Of a stretch of DNA of 64,000 nucleotides, positions 60,701 to 64,000 are shown one piece after another; position 1 is the stretch's first letter, and every line of letters begins with the position of its first letter. The DNA is from Deltaproteobacteria bacterium (GTDB taxonomy: Bacteria > Myxococcota > XYA12-FULL-58-9), in assembly GCA_016218825.1 (NCBI GenBank), contig JACRCV010000063.1, positions 1,070 to 65,069 on the forward strand. The letters are read 5' to 3'. A program made the position numbers and the translations under genes. Below the pieces are notes generated by a model. It ran no database searches. It worked only from the letters and a program-made list of their open reading frames with translations, and was not told the DNA's origin.

Positions 60701-61770
60701 AGATCGTCGCCGTCGCACACCTCGCCGCCGGTCGCGGCGCCGTCACCACAGCGGCTGCAGAGGGCGGTGTCGAAGGCGCAGCCCTCAGTGCAGCCGAGGA
60801 CGCCGGTGGTAAAGCCCAGGCCGGCGCAGGTCTGATTCGCCAGATCACCGCCGTCACACGCCTCCGGCCCGGCGCGGACGTTGTCGCCGCAGGTCGTCGC
60901 AGTCTGGCAGCCCAGCGTGTCGTACGTGCAGTCGCCGGCGCAGGCGATCAGGCCGCCGTCGTAGCCGAGCGTCTCGCAGGTCTCGTTGCCGAGGGCGGCG
61001 CCGTCGCAGGCCTCGCCGCCGTCGACGACGGTGTTGCCGCAATACGCCGAGACTACACAGAGGCCGGTGTCGTAGCCCGTGCAATCCGGCTTGCAGCGCA
61101 AGCTGCCGCTGTCGTAGCCGAGCGCCACGCAGGTCTTCGAGGCGAGATCGCCGCCGTCGCAGATCTCCGGCCCGGCGCGCACCCCGTCGCCGCAGGTCGC
61201 CGCGGTGGTGCAGGCGGTGGTGACGAAGTCGGTGCAGTCGCCGTTGCAGGCCAGCGCGCCGCCGTCGTAGCCGAGCGTCTCGCAGGTCTCGGTGTTGAGG
61301 TCGGTGCCGTCACACCTCTCCGGCCCCTCGGTCAGGGCGTCGCCGCAGTGCGCCGCGGTCAGACAACCGGTCGTGCTCCACCCGTCGCAGGTGGCGTTGC
61401 AGGCGAGGCTGCCGCCGCCCTCGAAGCCGAGGCTGATGCAGCTGTGGCCGCCGGTCGCCGCCTGGTCGCACAGCTCCGGACCCTCGACGACGCCGTTGCC
61501 GCAGCTCTGCCACTGTTGGCAATGGCCGGCGGTGCAGATGCCGCTTTCGCAGTCGGTCGCGGTGGTGCACTCGTCTCCGAGCTGACACGCGCCACAGCTG
61601 CCGCCGCAGTCGACGCCGGTCTCGGCGCCGTCTTTGACGCGGTTCGCGCAGTCGCCCGCGGTCGGGTCGCCGGCGGGTTGTTCGAAGATCACCTTGCCGC
61701 TGCAGGCACCGAGGACGAAGAGCGCGCCGAGCGCACCGACCGAACACAGGGGGTTGGCTGTCAGAGTCAT
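54715..61770 (-). CDS. giant (2351 aa) extracellular Cys-rich repeat lipoprotein with central beta-helix-like module
   Basis: ATG at 61768-61770 with lipoprotein signal VLGACSG. More than 25 TIGR02232-type repeats (CGDGxxxxxExCDG...C). Nine to ten near-identical 37-aa repeats (GDGLPGGSEACDDGAANSDAYAATRHCNASCSGFALYC). A ~380-aa Gly/Val/Ile-rich central region follows (LFVDGDVRIGGNLAIGGGG...). Cys-dense C-terminus. Confidence 0.7.
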   Translation of the reverse strand: MTLTANPLCSVGALGALFVLGACSGKVIFEQPAGDPTAGDCANRVKDGAETGVDCGGSCGACQLGDECTTATDCESGICTAGHCQQWQSCGNGVVEGPELCDQAATGGHSCISLGFEGGGSLACNATCDGWSTTGCLTAAHCGDALTEGPERCDGTDLNTETCETLGYDGGALACNGDCTDFVTTACTTAATCGDGVRAGPEICDGGDLASKTCVALGYDSGSLRCKPDCTGYDTGLCVVSAYCGNTVVDGGEACDGAALGNETCETLGYDGGLIACAGDCTYDTLGCQTATTCGDNVRAGPEACDGGDLANQTCAGLGFTTGVLGCTEGCAFDTALCSRCGDGAATGGEVCDGDDLKANTCRGLGFEGGGVLDCAPTCDAFVTTDCVTGARCGDGVATGPEQCDADDKKSQTCVTLGFAGGNLGCSGGCTFDTSACYRCGDGTPNGTEQCDDGNLVDDDDCRDDCTRPSCGDGLVASAATTYHETCDEGAANSDTYSATRHCNASCTGFALYCGDGLPGGSEACDEGAANSDAYAATQHCNASCSGLALYCGDGLPGGSEACDDGAANSDTYAASRHCNTSCSGYALYCGDGLPGGSETCDDGAANSDAYAASRHCNTACSGYALYCGDGLPGGSETCDEGAANSDAYAATQHCNASCTGFALYCGDGLPGGSEACDDGAANSDAYAATRHCNISCSGFALYCGDGLPGGSEACDDGAANSDAYAATRHCNASCSGFALYCGDGLPGGSEACDDGAANSDAYAPAAHCNALCSGFALYCGDGLPGGSEVCDEGSTTNGTYGHCNVGCSGLGPRCADGVVQWANGEQCDDANGVDNDSCRDNCKRPGCGDGFVSDLAAAPWTEVCDLGAANDDLGNCTTRCTRPACGDGVWAENATGIYGEFCDGLDLDPTQGLSPPPDCTDFPPLLNGVLQCDSDCTAFDTSACVGCGNDRIDNGERCDGTALGGAGCSQFGFTGGTLQCNPSCSGYLTTACTGGCGDGSAQPTEACDPGNPVTGTPTPDLKGQSCASFPPLFGPGLACTLDCSAFDKSACAGCGNGVREGAEACDGLDTAGATCLSIGKGYTGGVLGACSANCLGFDESGCHTCGNGTVETARGELCDGQNLDGKRCTDLIAVAPSNYFDGGELSCAEDCLSFDTDLCLNCGACPGGQTCVDGACACPTFLTDCSGACKNLTVDPLNCGACGTACGGTDVCYGGKCVTSTQCAAPLVACTSAHLCVDPKTDSAHCGATGGANCGTLCSSGFACIDGTCSNAIKPVGPAPAKCVGGGPAISTGLGGALECAGDLAAVTFRWALCACHDVSKMQQGILTDGFNSSIAPYAAPRCVNNAAACMNDLQCPGSTCKGGTGAGLGANGYATFGTSGIDGNVFGTVWTANKTGVDGITPWGNVTSDAKKLFVDGDVRIGGNLAIGGGGGLECNKNLFVVGSGTGSGVVEGTIYCANWGSVGFTGAKVPTPGLTVPDACDCSAGQLIDVAAIISAHRCTGATYATCPAGNNDNASIQLDPDVFQITGGRLDLDCGYYYLTQIAQPATIVVHGRAALFIGGNIQAGSVQITLDAAAELDIFVLGSFYVNAGMRIGSPAFTSRTRLYVAGTVVDLVQPSYIASNIYAPNALASITQDLDIYGGLFAKNFSITQPARIHFDTGVVKAGDYCPPPCGNGQLDAGEQCDGTVFGAETCVSRGFAGGSLVCVMDDPTPANNCKVDDSGCYECGDGLVNGGEDCEGAGQVGGADGCTTLGYTGGDLYCFAASCTYDTTRCYSCGNGVIEAAEQCDGSALNGVTCQTLGYDGGTVSCNGLCQRLLACYRCGDAVLDPAELCDPATTDPADDLLPAGVDCASLGFTAGAVHCQPNCSYDTSGCTRCGNYLLESGEACDGNNLAGQTCNSPTLPGQTTPPFDGGTLACGATCAFDLSLCARCGNDAREPGEQCDAADLGGATCETLGFVPGPGLSCNSDCTFDNDCTLPPSCGDGLLDTLELCDPGDPSGTPPPAPITITCQDLGFTGGTITVCDADCTPDTSGCTRCGNNILEAGEECDGNRLNGAACPDQGTVVCTTSCTLNYSGCRSCGDGLIQAPEICDPGDITDGNPAPAFGGQSCSTAGYDGGDIACTSACALDLTACYRCGDGTLDATESCDPGDTTDNVPPPDLGGKTCSTYTSGSPYWGGTLACFGDCSFNPGGCRRCGDGRIDAGRTPPEECDLTNLNGQTCVTLGLTGTGLSCNADCTFDTSACGSATSCGDGVIDPGEVCDPGGLGTPPAAPNLNNKQCTDLGYPGGGTLSCTAGCAFNTSLCKQCNGCRDCNNQACINNQCTECVDHPDCCSPLKCVGGECVLF
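59400..60310. repeat. 111-bp in-frame tandem repeat array (~8 copies, >85% identity) inside the giant CDS
   Basis: The unit gctgccgcccggcagcccgtcaccgcagtagagggcaaagccggagcacgaggcgttgcagtg... recurs with period 111 at 59407, 59518, 59629, 59740, 59851, 59962, 60073 and 60184. Confidence 0.8.
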
Positions 61771-62111
61771 TTGACGAACCTCTCGAGGACCGTGGGTTGC
61801 CACGAAGCGTATCACGCGGGCACTCCCTTGGCCGACAATTCTGCCACCTTGCTCCCGTCGAGGCCCCAACCCGGCTAGTCCGCGGGCGACCGGGCGCGGA
61901 TACGTCCGCCGCGCCGCCCCGACTCCAAAGGCGCGCCAGGTCGTTTGCAGGACGATTCGTCCACGCCGCAGGCCGCGAGAGGCTGCGCCGTCCACTGCTC
62001 GCCCGCGGCCCGACCAGGTCTCTGGTATGATCCAGGGACTTGGACACGCAGGGCCGCGACCGGCACCGGCACGATGTCTGCAACGTCGGACCGGCAACGA
62101 GAGGTCTCCCG

Positions 62112-64000
62112 ATGACGAGACGATGGAGGCGACAGGTCTCAGGCACGGCGGCGCGACGGCGCTCTGCGGTCCTCCTCATAGTGACCGTCGGGGCAGTCGG
62201 CTGCGGCCACGACCCGCTGCACGGCCCCTGCGACGGCTTCACCGACGACGATCACGACCGCCACTTCGCCCCCGCGTCTTGCACCAGCGCGAGCACCCAA
62301 TGCCTCTGCGACGACTGCGTCGACAACGACGCCACGGTCTACGCGGGCGCGACGGAGCTCTGCGACGGCAAAGACAACAATTGCGACGCGCTAACGGACG
62401 AGGGCTTCCGGGTCGGCAGGCTCTGCGGTGTCGCCGGCGGTGGTTGTGGACGCAACGTCTGTGGCGCTGACGGCGCCGCGGTCTGCAGCCCCACGAATGA
62501 CCTGCCGTCGCCCGAGGTCTGCGACGATCAGGACAACGATTGTGACGTCGAGATCGATGAGGGCTTTGGTGTCGGCGCGCTGTGTTCGGCGGGCGAAGGC
62601 GCGTGCCTGAACGACGGCGCGATGCGCTGCACCGCGGACGGGACCGGCGTCGAGTGCAGCGCGGTCGCCACGGATCCCGCGGTCCTCTGCGCCGGGAAAT
62701 GCGGCGGTCCGGATAACTGTGGCGGCGTGTGTCTCGGTAGCTGCGCCGAGGGCTGCTGCGATCCGTCAGCCTTTACCTGCGTACCCTTCGCGGCGCAATC
62801 GAACGCGCTCTGCGGCGACACTGGCGCGATGTGTGACACCTGCGTGGCGCCCGCCGTCTGCGAGCCGAGCCTGCACGCCTGCTTCTGCGAGCCCCAATGC
62901 GCCGGCAGGTGCAGCGGCGACGACGACCAGTGCGGCAGCACCTGCACCGCGAGTGACTGCGCCGGCTGCTGCGCCGGCTTGACCTGCCGGCTTGGGGCGG
63001 TGTGCGATTCGGAGATCGCGAGGTTCGCAAGCGACTTCGTAAGCCTCTCATGGGAGGCCGACCTCGACGGGCTCGCGGAGATCCCGGCCGAGGACATCTA
63101 CGGCGCGGCGCTCTACATCGCCGGCCGGCGGATCGCGCTCGTGGACCACTTGCTGTCGCGCAAGGGCGAGCAGGGCTTCGTCGACCCGCAGTCCGGCGTG
63201 ACTCGGACCTGGAGCGGCTCGGGATGCGCCGCGGACGTGCCCTTGGACTCGACGCTGGCGGACTTTCACCGCTGCACGCTCGGGCTCTGGGTCGGCCCGC
63301 CGGCCCACTATCTGATGCGCAGTGACCGGAGCCGCGCGTCGATCGACGGTGACGCGTTGGTGAACGCGGTCGCCTGGGAGGAGCGGGTCGAGGGCTACTA
63401 CTGCCCGGGCAATCCGAGCTACAGCTGCGCCAGCAGCGGCGCGTTCGGCCTCGGGCTCACCTGGGGCGATCCGCGGCGGGTGGCGTCGGCCAACCCGTTT
63501 TGGATCTGGGCGAGCGACAGCTACTTCGAGCTGAACTCGTACTACACCATCTGTGGCAACAACGACGCTCGCGCGGCGGCCCTTGGCGGCTGGGGCGAGT
63601 CGTCGCTCGTGGCGTTTTCGTGCGCCCCCGATCCGACGCCGGGACCGAACCAGGGCAAGCCGAGCCCGTGGGCCGTGGCGATCGCCGACACCGTGAACGG
63701 CTTCGACATCGCCCGCGGCGGTGACGCGACCCACCCCATTTACCTGAGCTTCGGCGACGGCCCGACGATGAAGGTGCTCATCGACGAGGCCGGGGAGGGC
63801 TTTCCGACCTCGCAGACCCTGCCGGCGGGCACCAAGCTCGTGACGATGCCGGCGACGAGCGCCACCCACCACGCGCGGGCTGCCGGCAACCCGTTGCTGG
63901 CGCCGATGGTGATCCACAAGTACGCCGCCGCGGGTAACTACACGATCATCACCGCGGGCCGCGTCGCCGCGACCGGTCTCCCCGAGCTCGGCCTGCTCAC
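62112..64000 (+). CDS. lipoprotein with MopE-like CxDGxDNDCD putative metal-binding repeats (3' end outside window)
   Basis: My own translation of the frame from ATG 62112 is open to the window end (not in the track because it has no stop). Signal plus lipobox TVGAVGCG. Repeats CDGKDNNCDALTDEGF and CDDQDNDCDVEIDEGF. A Cys-dense region is followed by a Cys-poor C-terminal domain. Confidence 0.65.
   Translation, partial: MTRRWRRQVSGTAARRRSAVLLIVTVGAVGCGHDPLHGPCDGFTDDDHDRHFAPASCTSASTQCLCDDCVDNDATVYAGATELCDGKDNNCDALTDEGFRVGRLCGVAGGGCGRNVCGADGAAVCSPTNDLPSPEVCDDQDNDCDVEIDEGFGVGALCSAGEGACLNDGAMRCTADGTGVECSAVATDPAVLCAGKCGGPDNCGGVCLGSCAEGCCDPSAFTCVPFAAQSNALCGDTGAMCDTCVAPAVCEPSLHACFCEPQCAGRCSGDDDQCGSTCTASDCAGCCAGLTCRLGAVCDSEIARFASDFVSLSWEADLDGLAEIPAEDIYGAALYIAGRRIALVDHLLSRKGEQGFVDPQSGVTRTWSGSGCAADVPLDSTLADFHRCTLGLWVGPPAHYLMRSDRSRASIDGDALVNAVAWEERVEGYYCPGNPSYSCASSGAFGLGLTWGDPRRVASANPFWIWASDSYFELNSYYTICGNNDARAAALGGWGESSLVAFSCAPDPTPGPNQGKPSPWAVAIADTVNGFDIARGGDATHPIYLSFGDGPTMKVLIDEAGEGFPTSQTLPAGTKLVTMPATSATHHARAAGNPLLAPMVIHKYAAAGNYTIITAGRVAATGLPELGLL

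Overview
64 kb of a roughly 70% GC bacterial chromosome with Myxococcota hallmarks: TIGR02232-type Cys-rich CGDG...CDG repeats, MopE-like CxDGxDNDCD repeats, an FHA-type sigma54 activator, REC-PATAN regulator and many lipobox lipoproteins. I could support about 45 CDSs plus one tRNA-Lys(CTT); no transposase, integrase, CRISPR or rRNA was seen. Most long ORFs in the track that lie antisense to or overlap these genes are high-GC artefacts. Several ORFs in the track are out-of-frame run-ons upstream of a shorter real gene (887-aa, 1209-aa, 728-aa, 940-aa, 597-aa and 353-aa ORFs). Gene order left to right: a propeller-repeat protein fragment, tRNA-Lys, a DUF45 HExxH hydrolase, a coiled-coil lipoprotein, an AMMECR1 protein, a REC-PATAN response regulator, a 657-aa unknown protein, an SCP2-like protein, a Crp/Fnr regulator, a zinc-ribbon/TPR membrane protein, nuoN-nuoM-nuoL on the minus strand with ATGA overlaps, a DUF374 acyltransferase-like protein, a Cys/Met-family PLP enzyme, a HIT protein, an Ig-like lipoprotein, a membrane metallophosphoesterase and an orphan HisKA protein. 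Accessory content follows: two tandem paralogous ~915-aa surface lipoproteins with beta-sandwich repeats and a DUF1554-like C-terminus. Next is an FHA-sigma54 activator divergent from a strong candidate sigma54 promoter in front of a lipoprotein, lnt and a complete LolD/LolC/LolE-like ABC module with a LolA-like protein and an outer-membrane barrel. A POT peptide transporter separates this from a six-gene Hyf-like group-4 [NiFe]-hydrogenase cluster (both Ni-ligand CxxC pairs present, fused HycF-HycG subunit) sitting directly behind a membrane-anchored octaheme cytochrome c gene. The window ends with pterin-4a-carbinolamine dehydratase and three very large extracellular Cys-rich repeat proteins: a 1240-aa vWA protein, a 2351-aa giant with a 111-bp in-frame tandem array and a beta-helix-like core, and a MopE-repeat lipoprotein running off the window. 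The most interesting candidates are the cytochrome-linked group-4 hydrogenase cluster, the sigma54-associated lnt/Lol-like envelope locus and the three-gene Cys-rich giant-protein island.
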